From: Nitratidesulfovibrio vulgaris str. Hildenborough
GTDB taxonomy: Bacteria > Desulfobacterota > Desulfovibrionia > Desulfovibrionales > Desulfovibrionaceae
Length of the DNA stretch: 32,000 bases
Assembly (NCBI RefSeq): GCF_000195755.1
Contig: NC_002937.3
Coordinates: forward strand, 750,001 to 782,000
Reading direction: 5' to 3'
Each line of letters starts with the position of its first letter. The stretch's first letter is position 1. The notes under the pieces were generated by a model. The model was not told where the DNA came from and did no database searches. It was given only the letters and a program-made list of their open reading frames with translations. The position numbers and the translations under genes are program-made. Below are positions 1-7,038 of this stretch, one piece after another.

Positions 1-287
1 TTGCGGCCCATGGGGTCTTGCGATGCCGTGGGGCCGAGACGCCTGAAGAGGTCGTCGACATCAGGTCCCGCGATGCCGTCTGCCTGCAGGCGAAGCATGA
101 CGGGCCTCCAGCTTGTGGCAATGTCCTGAGGGGCAGGATAGCTGCCGGGGACCACCGGGGCTGGCTGCGGAGTCTGACTGGGTGTCTCGGGGCGTGAGGA
201 TGTTCCGGCACAGGCGGTGAGACCGAGGGCCAGAAGACAGGTAAGGAGGGGCCTTACGGCGCGGGCAAGGATGGCTCGACGTTTCAT
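1..287 (-). CDS. lipoprotein, N-terminal part only (gene runs off the left edge); possibly a murein-transglycosylase-like periplasmic protein
   Basis: Absent from the ORF track because it has no stop in the window. Reverse-strand ATG at 287..285 gives MKRRAILARAVRPLLTCLLALGLTAC/AGTSSRPETPSQ...: basic n-region, hydrophobic core and lipobox L-T-A-C. The frame stays open to position 1. GGAG lies 12 nt upstream. The functional guess is weak. Confidence 0.7.
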   Translation of the reverse strand, partial: MKRRAILARAVRPLLTCLLALGLTACAGTSSRPETPSQTPQPAPVVPGSYPAPQDIATSWRPVMLRLQADGIAGPDVDDLFRRLGPTASQDPMGR

Positions 288-293
288 GTGCTG

Positions 294-322
294 AAGATAC
301 TCCAGCCCTTCTGGCGGTGCAA
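294..322 (-). promoter_or_regulatory. possible sigma70-type promoter of the lipoprotein gene (near-leaderless)
   Basis: Minus strand TTGCAC (322..317), 17-nt spacer, TATCTT (299..294). This would put the transcription start at or next to the ATG at 287. Motif match only. Confidence 0.2.
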
Positions 323-336
323 GGCGGCAGCGGGGG

Positions 337-381
337 AAAAGGTCGAAGCCTCCGGGATGGGGGGGTATCCCGGAGGCTTCG
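337..381 (-). terminator. rho-independent terminator (minus strand)
   Basis: 15-bp perfect stem (381..367 pairs with 358..344; core GAAGCCUCCGGGAU / AUCCCGGAGGCUUC), 8-nt loop ACCCCCCC, then ACC and UUUU (340..337). Confidence 0.7.
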
Positions 382-488
382 CAGGAAGGAACAGGCCGGT
401 CTCCGCTGGGGGGGGAGTGGCGGAGGGCCGTGAACCGACATGGAACCGGGATGGTCGGGGGGGATGACCATCAAGAACCGGCTCCTGC
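337..488 (-). ncRNA. candidate sigma54-dependent small RNA (~150 nt) with three poly-C-loop hairpins
   Basis: Bounded by the sigma54 promoter at 514..499 (predicted start near 488) and the terminator at 381..337. No credible ORF. Hairpin 1 is 472..450 (7-bp stem, loop AUCCCCCCC). Hairpin 2 is 425..401 (6-bp stem CUCCGC/GCGGAG, loop CACUCCCCCCCCA), extendable by GGCC/GGCC at 429..426 and 397..394. Hairpin 3 is the terminator (loop ACCCCCCC). The linkers contain CCCUCC and UCCUUCCU. The + strand G-runs at 359-365, 408-415 and 457-463 are spaced 49 nt apart. Confidence 0.5.
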
Positions 489-498
489 ACTACTGTAT

Positions 499-514
499 AG
501 CAAATGGTGTGCCA
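499..514 (-). promoter_or_regulatory. sigma54 (-24/-12) promoter
   Basis: Minus strand reads TGGCACaccatTTGCT. GG and GC are spaced exactly as in the consensus TGGCAC-N5-TTGCW. It lies 85-140 bp downstream of tandem palindromes and next to a sigma54-activator gene. Confidence 0.65.
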
Positions 515-596
515 TGCTCGTGGTGGGGCCAGATGGGCTTCTGAGGCGGTTTTGTTTGCGGCTGCTAGACGAAAGAGCGGGTGTCTTCGGCGTTTC

Positions 597-641
597 GTGC
601 GGAAAAGCACGTGCGAATACGCACGGCGTGCGATTGCGCAC
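597..641. promoter_or_regulatory. three tandem palindromic sites, likely upstream activating sequence for an enhancer-binding protein
   Basis: GTGCGgaaaAGCAC (597..610), GTGCGaataCGCAC (611..624) and GTGCGattgCGCAC (628..641). The last site overlaps the first base of the response-regulator stop codon at 641..643. Confidence 0.55.
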
Positions 642-2107
642 TATTTGCGGAGGCGGCGCAGCAGGGCGAAGCGCGAGAGGCCGAGAAGGGTGGCCGCGCG
701 GGTCTTGTTTCCGTTGCAGCGTTGCAGGGCCTGTTCTACGAGGCGTTCGACGAACTCATGCAGGTTCATGCCCTCGTCAGGGATGCGAAAGTCTTCCGGT
801 GTCGACGTGAGGACTTCGTTGGCAGGGGGGCCCTCGGACCCGGTCCTGTGGGACACATCGTCCGAAAGCCTGATGGGGAGGACGAGGTGCTCCGGGCGAA
901 GCAGCGTCCCGTCATGCAGCAGGACCGCGCGTTCGATGGTGTTTTCCAGTTCGCGGACGTTACCCTTCCAGACGGCGCTTTGCAGCAGGGCGAGTGCTTC
1001 ATCGTCGATGCCCGTGAATTGCTTTTTCTTGCGGGCGGCTTCCCGGCGCAGGAAGAGGGCTGCCATCTCCGGGATGTCTTCGCGCCTTTCACGCAACGGT
1101 GGCAGGATGAGGTGCCCGACCCGAAGCCGATGATAGAGGTCGCGTCTGAACAGGCCGTTTTCGACCATCTGCTCGAGGTCGCGGTTGGCCGCGCATACGA
1201 TGCGTGCGCGGAAGTTGCGCCGCTTGAGGCCGCCCAGCCTGTAGAAGGTGCGTTCTTCAAGGACGCGCAAGAGCTTGGGTTGCAGATGCAAGGGCAGTTC
1301 AGCCACTTCGTCCAGGAAAAGAGTGCCGTCGGCTGCCAGTTCGAGCTTCCCCGGCGAGCCTCCGCTCCGGCTTCCGGTGTAGGCTCCCGCCTCGTGTCCG
1401 AAGAGCTCGCTCTCGAACAGTTCGGTGGGGATGGCGGCGCAGTTGAGGTCGATGAAGGGCCTGTCGTCGCCGTCGTGTCCGAAATGGACGAGTCTTGCCA
1501 CGACCTCCTTGCCGGTGCCCGTTTCGCCTTCGACAAGGACGGGTACGGAAGGGTCGGCATGGAAGATGGCGGCTTCTTCGAGGATGCGCCGCATGGCGGG
1601 CGAGGCTGTGACGATGTCTCCGATGCCCGAGACGTTGCGAAGCCGCAGACGAGCCGCTTCAAGGTCCTGCCGCAATGCCGTTGTGGCCTGCGCAACACGT
1701 CCTTCCATGTCGGAACGGAGAGTGGCGTTTTCCGAGACCAGCGCCATATGCTCTGCACAGCGGTCGACCACGATGGCGAGTTCGCGGGCGTTGATGGGCT
1801 TGTTGAGGTAGTCGTAGGCCCCGCGTCGCAGGGCTTCCACGGCTGTCTCCATGTCGCCGTGGCCGGTGATGAGGACCACATTGCTCTTCGCCGTGGCCGT
1901 ATCCGACTTGAGGTGGGCGAGAAGCTCAAGCCCGTCCATGTCAGGCATGCGGATGTCGGTGATTATCAGCGGGTAGAACGTACGGGCCGCTTCTTCGATG
2001 GCCCGGTGCGGATGCGGCACGGCAGTGGCCTGATGCCCGAGGTCTTCCAGCACGGTGCGGAGGCTTTCGAGGCTGGTGGCGTTGTCATCGACTATCAGGA
2101 TGCGCAA
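641..2107 (-). CDS. sigma54-dependent response regulator (NtrC family enhancer-binding protein)
   Basis: REC domain (MRILIVDD...ITDIRMPDMDG). AAA+ sigma54-interaction domain (GETGTGKE, ESELFGHEAGAYTGS, LFLDEV). C-terminal Fis-type HTH (NKTRAATLLGLSRFALLRRLRK). TTG start at 2107 with GGAGA 7 nt upstream. Overlaps the upstream kinase gene by 13 nt. Confidence 0.95.
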   Translation of the reverse strand: MRILIVDDNATSLESLRTVLEDLGHQATAVPHPHRAIEEAARTFYPLIITDIRMPDMDGLELLAHLKSDTATAKSNVVLITGHGDMETAVEALRRGAYDYLNKPINARELAIVVDRCAEHMALVSENATLRSDMEGRVAQATTALRQDLEAARLRLRNVSGIGDIVTASPAMRRILEEAAIFHADPSVPVLVEGETGTGKEVVARLVHFGHDGDDRPFIDLNCAAIPTELFESELFGHEAGAYTGSRSGGSPGKLELAADGTLFLDEVAELPLHLQPKLLRVLEERTFYRLGGLKRRNFRARIVCAANRDLEQMVENGLFRRDLYHRLRVGHLILPPLRERREDIPEMAALFLRREAARKKKQFTGIDDEALALLQSAVWKGNVRELENTIERAVLLHDGTLLRPEHLVLPIRLSDDVSHRTGSEGPPANEVLTSTPEDFRIPDEGMNLHEFVERLVEQALQRCNGNKTRAATLLGLSRFALLRRLRK

Positions 2108-4026
2108 GACGGGTCTCCGTTATCAGGCGTTGGTGCCGGTCCAAGACCGGAAGGGGACGGGCGGGAAGCTGCAGGACACGGGGGGGCTGCCTCCGAAGCG
2201 TTGAGCATGATGGTGAAAACCGCCCCGGTTCGTGGGGGGCGCCTGCTTGCTGCGGTGATGGTGCCGCCCCACGATTCGACGAACCCGTGGACCAGCGCAA
2301 GGCCCAGCCCCATGCCGGAATGGGCGTCCTTGGTGGTGAAGAAGGGGTCGAACACCCTGTCCTCCATGAGGCCGAGACCGGGCCCGTTGTCCTCGACGGA
2401 GAGCGCGACCCGGTTTCCGTGGCGTCTTGCAGAGACGGTGATGTCGCGCGCAGGCTGTCGTGATGCGTCGAGCGCGTGCATGGCGTTGACGATGAGGTTG
2501 ATCAGGGTCTGTTCAAGCTGCACTGGAACGGCGAGCACATCAGGAAGGTCGGGCGCGATGTCGAGCGACGCGTCGATGCCGTGATTGCGCAACTGCGCCC
2601 CGATGAGACCGAAGGCCTCGGCACAGGCATGGGCGATGGACGTGGGACGACACTGGATATCACCGTGCGTGACCAGCGCCCGCATGTGCTCGATGATGTC
2701 ACGTATGCGGTCCGCCTCGCGCAGGATGCGCGACAGCCGTTCGAGGAGCATGTCGCGGTCGACCACAGGTCGCTTCTCCACCAGCATCTCAAGCCCCCCG
2801 GCATACAGCCGCAACGCGCTCAGGGGCTGGTTGATTTCATGCGCGACGCCTGTGGCCAGTGTACCCAGTGCCTCCAGCCTGCGCGCCTGTGCCAGTTGAC
2901 GTTCGACGCGCAGCCGGTCGGTCTCGTCGTCAAGCATGATGACGGCCGCTTCGACAGACTGGCCCTGCGTGGAGATGGGGCAGGCCTGTAGCCTGAAGTT
3001 GCGCTCTTCGGGCTGCCCCGGCAGGTGCAGTACGAAGCTGCGCTGGTGCGTTGCGCCGTCTCGGAAGACATCGATGGCCGGGCAGCCTGAACAGCGGCTG
3101 TTGCCATCACCGCAGAAGTCATGAAGCAGTCTGCACAGGGGCATGCCCACTGGGTCGAGGCCGAACCACTGCAACATGCGGGGGTTGGCCGCTTCTATGC
3201 GCAGGGCGGGGTCGATGACGGCAATGCCCTGCGCAAGGTTGTCGGTAATCGACCGTGAACGCTCCTCGCTGCGTGAGAGCGCTTCAAGGGCCTTCACGCC
3301 TGTGGTGATGTCGAGCCCCAGTTTGAGCACAAGGGATGAGCCGTCGATATCCTCGAAGGGATAGGCGTACACCCTGAAGGCCGAACCGTTCTTCCGGGTC
3401 CAGTCGCTGACGCAGAGTGTGCGGGTCTCGAAGACTTCGCATGGCGGGCAGTGCGCACAGGGCGTGGGACTGCCGCGCAGTACTTCGTGGCAGGCCTTGC
3501 CCACCCCGGGGCCGAACAACTGCCGAGAAGCCCTGTTCTCGTAGCGAATCCTGTGGTCGGAACCTATCAGCATCACGTATCCCGGCAGCCTGTCCAGAAG
3601 GTTGAGCAGGCGCGAGCGTTCACTGCGAAGGTCGCCGGTGGGTATGCTCTCGGCAAGCGGCAGCGGCATGGCGGCGATGGTGGCACCGCTGCCCACGGGT
3701 CTGGCCGCTATCTGGATGTGGACGGGGCCCGAACGGCCACGAAGCGTGAGTGCGAAAGGCGAGAAGTCGCCACTGGCCTGCCGCAGAATGGCCCGTTCTA
3801 TGGTCGGCAGGTTGTTCTCGGACGAGAGGTCCGCGAGTAGCCTCGTGAGGAACTCCGCAGGGGGCCAGCCCGTGAGCGGTTGCAGGACGGCAGCTGTGGT
3901 GCCGAGAGGGGAACCGGAGCAGTCGGGCGCATCGGAAAGCTGCTCGACGAGGCGCGCGACGGCGGACGAGAAAGGGGTGTCCCCTTCAAGGAAGGGGGGA
4001 CTGATGGCGGAGGGGGGCGTGGGCAT
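2095..4026 (-). CDS. cytoplasmic sensor histidine kinase with two Cys-rich PAS domains
   Basis: H-box HEINQPLSAL and a HATPase_c domain (DNGPGL, GMGLGLALV). No TM segment seen. I chose the ATG at 4026 (MPTPPSAISPP...), 2 nt after the upstream gene stop (TGAccATG), because the longer ORF start at 4167 would overlap that gene by about 140 nt. Confidence 0.9.
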   Translation of the reverse strand: MPTPPSAISPPFLEGDTPFSSAVARLVEQLSDAPDCSGSPLGTTAAVLQPLTGWPPAEFLTRLLADLSSENNLPTIERAILRQASGDFSPFALTLRGRSGPVHIQIAARPVGSGATIAAMPLPLAESIPTGDLRSERSRLLNLLDRLPGYVMLIGSDHRIRYENRASRQLFGPGVGKACHEVLRGSPTPCAHCPPCEVFETRTLCVSDWTRKNGSAFRVYAYPFEDIDGSSLVLKLGLDITTGVKALEALSRSEERSRSITDNLAQGIAVIDPALRIEAANPRMLQWFGLDPVGMPLCRLLHDFCGDGNSRCSGCPAIDVFRDGATHQRSFVLHLPGQPEERNFRLQACPISTQGQSVEAAVIMLDDETDRLRVERQLAQARRLEALGTLATGVAHEINQPLSALRLYAGGLEMLVEKRPVVDRDMLLERLSRILREADRIRDIIEHMRALVTHGDIQCRPTSIAHACAEAFGLIGAQLRNHGIDASLDIAPDLPDVLAVPVQLEQTLINLIVNAMHALDASRQPARDITVSARRHGNRVALSVEDNGPGLGLMEDRVFDPFFTTKDAHSGMGLGLALVHGFVESWGGTITAASRRPPRTGAVFTIMLNASEAAPPCPAASRPSPSGLGPAPTPDNGDPSCAS

Positions 4027-4028
4027 GG

Positions 4029-6032
4029 TCAGTCTGTGGTGTGTTCGATGGGGGGCACTTCCGTCGTGCCCATGCCGGACAGAATGAGGCCGATGGTGCG
4101 CGAGAGCAATGATTCCAGTCGTGGAACGAGTTGCCTTGCTCCTGCGGTGTCGTCTTCGACAAGGCACAATCCCACGCGTTCCGTCAACATGGCAAGGGCC
4201 ACGGCGCCAGCATGCTCCGAAGCGAGGCGCAGCCGTTTGTTGAAGCGTGCGGCTTGTTGTGCGTCACCTTCTTCAAGGGCTCCGGCGAGCAGAGCGAAAT
4301 GCCGGGGGGCCTCATCGCAGAACGCCTTCCAGACCGGTTCGACAAGGTTGTGGTCTCCCCCGTGCCGCCGGACGACCTCGGACGGGGCAAGCAGGGCCGA
4401 CCTGTCGGGGATGACGGGAATGTCCCGCGCAGACGATGCCGAAAGGGCGAACCTGTCGAGCATGGCGTTGAAGGCTCGGGCGTTGATGGGCTTGGCGATG
4501 TAGTCGGTCATGCCCGAAGCCAGGAAGCGTTCGCGGTCGCCCTTGAGGGCATGTGCCGTGACGGCTACGACGGGGATGTTGCGGTCGACTCCGGGGTACT
4601 GGGCGTTGCGGATGCGTCGCAGCAATTCCAGCCCGCCCATGGGGTGCATCTTGACGTCCAGCAGGACGAGGTCGAACCGGTCGGCGGTGAGTCGCTGGAG
4701 GGCCGTGGCACCATCGTGGGCGCAGGCACAGACATGCCCTCTCTTGCGGAGCATCTTGCAGGTTATCGTCCGGCCCGTGGCGTCATCGTCCACCACCAGC
4801 ACCCGAAGCGGGCGTGCTCCTGATGCGGGTGTCGCTGAAGAGGTCGGGGCCTGAGCGTGTTCGGAAGGTGTGTTGATGGCAGGCGTCTCGGGCCGTAGAC
4901 GGCAGGTGAAGTGAAAGCTGCTTCCCTGTCCTTCGCTACTGCGGGCCCATATGCTGCCGCCCATGATTTCGACGAGGTTTCGGCAGATGGCGAGACCAAG
5001 CCCCGTGCCGCCATAGCGTTGGACCGTCTCTTCTGCACCCTGGCTGAACGCCTCGAAGATGGTGCGGAGGTGTTCATCGGCGATGCCGATGCCCGTGTCG
5101 CGAATGGAGAACAGCAGGGTGAGGCTTGAGGGCGGCCCGTCGGGAAAGAGCGATTCGAGAAGCGTCTGGTCCTGGGGGATGGCGCTCACTTCGATGATGA
5201 CCGAGCCCTTGTGGGTGAACTTGACGGCATTGCCGACGAGGTTGGCGAGTACCTGTGTAAGGCGTGTCGCGTCGCCTGTCAGTCTGTCCGGGACATCGGG
5301 CGTTACACGGAAGTCCAGGGAGATGTTCTTGCGTTCGGCTTCCGACCGCGATGCCTGCACAACCTGCTTCAGCAGTCTATCCAGTGAGAAGGGACGTTCC
5401 ACAAGCCGCAACTGGCGAGCCTCAAGCCGGGAGAAGTCGAGCACGTCGTGCAGCAGGGTGAGCAGCGTCTCGGAAGATGCAAGGACGGTGTTCAGGCTTT
5501 CGCGTTGTTCGCCCGACAGCGGGGTATCGAGGACCAGTTCCGTCATGCCCACGATGCCGTTCAGGGTGTTGCGTATTTCGTGGCTCATGCCTGCGAGGAA
5601 CGACGTCTTCGCAAGGCTGGCATGTTCCGCAGCCTGTCGGGCTTCGTCGATTTCGCGAACGGCCCTGTGCTTGAGCAGGGCGACCTCGATGGTGGAGTAG
5701 AGTTCGCGTTCGGCAAAGGGCTTGACAAGAAAGCCGAACGGCCCGGCTTTCATGGCCCTTGAGAGGGTCGCTTCGTCGGAGAAGGCGGTGAGAAAGACGA
5801 CAGGAATGTCGAACTGGTTGGTGATGACATGGGCGGCGTCTACGCCGTCACCGCGCCGCAGGCGGATGTCCATCAGAACGAGGTCCGGCCTGAGACGCTT
5901 CGCCGCATCGATGGCTCCGTCTGCATCCGTCTCGACGGCAGGCACTATGTACCCAAGACCTTCGAGCGTGCGCCGTAGATCAAGTGCGACGATCTGTTCG
6001 TCGTCGACGACGATGATACGAAGATTCGGCAT
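4029..6032 (-). CDS. hybrid histidine kinase: REC - HisKA/HATPase - REC - HPt-like tail
   Basis: N-terminal REC (RIIVVDDEQ...LVLMDIRL). H-box SHEIRNTLNGIVG. G2 box GTGLGLAICRNLVEIMGG. Second REC (RVLVVDDD...LVLLDVKM). C-terminal four-helix HPt-like region. ATG at 6032 (MPNLRIIVVDD) preceded by GGAG; the ORF-track start at 6086 is TTG with no RBS. Confidence 0.9.
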   Translation of the reverse strand: MPNLRIIVVDDEQIVALDLRRTLEGLGYIVPAVETDADGAIDAAKRLRPDLVLMDIRLRRGDGVDAAHVITNQFDIPVVFLTAFSDEATLSRAMKAGPFGFLVKPFAERELYSTIEVALLKHRAVREIDEARQAAEHASLAKTSFLAGMSHEIRNTLNGIVGMTELVLDTPLSGEQRESLNTVLASSETLLTLLHDVLDFSRLEARQLRLVERPFSLDRLLKQVVQASRSEAERKNISLDFRVTPDVPDRLTGDATRLTQVLANLVGNAVKFTHKGSVIIEVSAIPQDQTLLESLFPDGPPSSLTLLFSIRDTGIGIADEHLRTIFEAFSQGAEETVQRYGGTGLGLAICRNLVEIMGGSIWARSSEGQGSSFHFTCRLRPETPAINTPSEHAQAPTSSATPASGARPLRVLVVDDDATGRTITCKMLRKRGHVCACAHDGATALQRLTADRFDLVLLDVKMHPMGGLELLRRIRNAQYPGVDRNIPVVAVTAHALKGDRERFLASGMTDYIAKPINARAFNAMLDRFALSASSARDIPVIPDRSALLAPSEVVRRHGGDHNLVEPVWKAFCDEAPRHFALLAGALEEGDAQQAARFNKRLRLASEHAGAVALAMLTERVGLCLVEDDTAGARQLVPRLESLLSRTIGLILSGMGTTEVPPIEHTTD

Positions 6033-6155
6033 GTATCTCCGGTTCCGGGTTTCTTCGTGTATGCCCCGAAAAGGCTTCACATGCAAGGCGCGCCAAGGCC
6101 CGGAAAAGGCAGGAACGGCCCGGATTCCACGTGAGGGCTGGCGGTGAAGGGGCGA

Positions 6156-6172
6156 TTGCCTCTGTGGTGCCG
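6156..6172 (-). promoter_or_regulatory. weak candidate sigma54 promoter upstream of the phosphorelay operon
   Basis: Minus strand reads cGGCACcacagagGCAa. GG/GC spacing is correct but the -12 element is AGGCA rather than TTGCA. About 125 nt upstream of the ATG at 6032. Confidence 0.3.
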
Positions 6173-6195
6173 CCGGTGTTGCCAGCCCGGGTACG

Positions 6196-6226
6196 AAAAA
6201 AACGGGCGACCCTTGCGGGCCGCCCG
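6196..6226 (-). terminator. rho-independent terminator of the repressor gene
   Basis: Minus strand CGGGCGGCCC-gcaa-GGGUCGCCCG (10-bp stem with one mismatch) followed by UUUUUUU (6202..6196). Lies 26 nt after the stop at 6252. Confidence 0.75.
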
Positions 6227-6251
6227 AAACTGCTGTCTTGGAGCGAAAAGG

Positions 6252-6950
6252 TCAGATGCGCTGGAGCACCCACACGATACGCCCGAAGATACGGTCGGCG
6301 TGCTGGTCGATGGGCAGATACTGCTCGGGGTGGGTGGGATTCTCTGTCCGGAGGATGAACCGGGCATTGGCAGCATCGAGGAACACCCGCTTGATGGCGA
6401 CACCCTCGAAGGGCATGAAGACGCCATAGAGTTCGCCCGAGACGATGTTCTTCTGGGTGGTGTCTATGCCGACGAAAGCACCCTTGCCGATGACGGGTTC
6501 CATGGCGCCTGCATCCACACGCACTATCTGCGTTCCGGGGGCGGCAAACGACTGGGGTACGGCAAGTTTGGCGATGGCCGTGAGCGGTTGCGAAACACCG
6601 TTCTCGTCGACAGCGCAGCCCATGGCGAACACAGTGGCGACACTGCTCTTGGCATCAGGGTCGCCGTAACGCGCGGGGTCTTCAAGCACGAGTCCGGCGA
6701 CGGGGGCGTCGAGCGGTTCATACCCCTGGTCGGTACGCAGGTACATGGGGCCGGAGCCCTTCTTGAGCCAGTCAGGATTCAGCCCGAACTTCTCGAACAG
6801 TTTCATGTACCAGTCGGAGGGGACGGAGTTGCGTCGTTTGGCGTCTGATATGCTCGACTGGCGAATGTCGAGGACTTCCGCCAGCTCGACCTGCGTTCTG
6901 GTGTTCGTGGCGAGCTTGATGCGCTCAAAGACTTCATCGAACGTAGACAA
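6252..6950 (-). CDS. phage CI-type HTH repressor with S24 (LexA/CI) peptidase-like C-terminal domain
   Basis: The N-terminus STFDEVFERIKLATNTRTQVELAEVLDIRQSSISDAKRRNSVPSDWYMKLFEKFGLNPDWLKKG looks like a CI-repressor HTH. The C-terminus VRVDAGAMEPVIGKGAFVGID...VAIKRV is an S24 fold. I chose the TTG at 6950 with GGAGAA 5 nt upstream. ATGs at 7040 and 7097 lie inside or upstream of the predicted promoter, so an annotated start could differ. Confidence 0.8.
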   Translation of the reverse strand: MSTFDEVFERIKLATNTRTQVELAEVLDIRQSSISDAKRRNSVPSDWYMKLFEKFGLNPDWLKKGSGPMYLRTDQGYEPLDAPVAGLVLEDPARYGDPDAKSSVATVFAMGCAVDENGVSQPLTAIAKLAVPQSFAAPGTQIVRVDAGAMEPVIGKGAFVGIDTTQKNIVSGELYGVFMPFEGVAIKRVFLDAANARFILRTENPTHPEQYLPIDQHADRIFGRIVWVLQRI

Positions 6951-7038
6951 TGCTTTTCTCCGGGCGGCGAAGCCGGGCCTGGGGCCTGGGCATCGCCTCT
7001 GATCTGAGTGCTCTCGTCTGTAGGGTATCCTAGCTACC

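Noticed and set aside
61-474. 137-aa Pro-rich ORF on the minus strand across the candidate sRNA
   Set aside because: Its prolines are just translations of the C7-C8 loops. It has a TTG start without an RBS, reads through a 15-bp terminator stem, and overlaps the lipoprotein gene out of frame.
581-2584. 667-aa ORF on the + strand
   Set aside because: It lies antisense to the sigma54 response regulator and kinase genes, which have clear domain motifs. It has Ala/Gly/Arg/Val-rich shadow composition typical of the opposite strand in GC-rich DNA, and no recognisable domain.
4027-4167. N-terminal extensions in the ORF track (also 6033..6086, 8131..8202, 21294..21350, 23227..23355, 28683..28760, 10714..10740 and 11222..11242)
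   Set aside because: The extensions overlap upstream genes or promoters, lack an SD and add non-homologous residues. Internal starts with an SD or stop-start coupling fit better.
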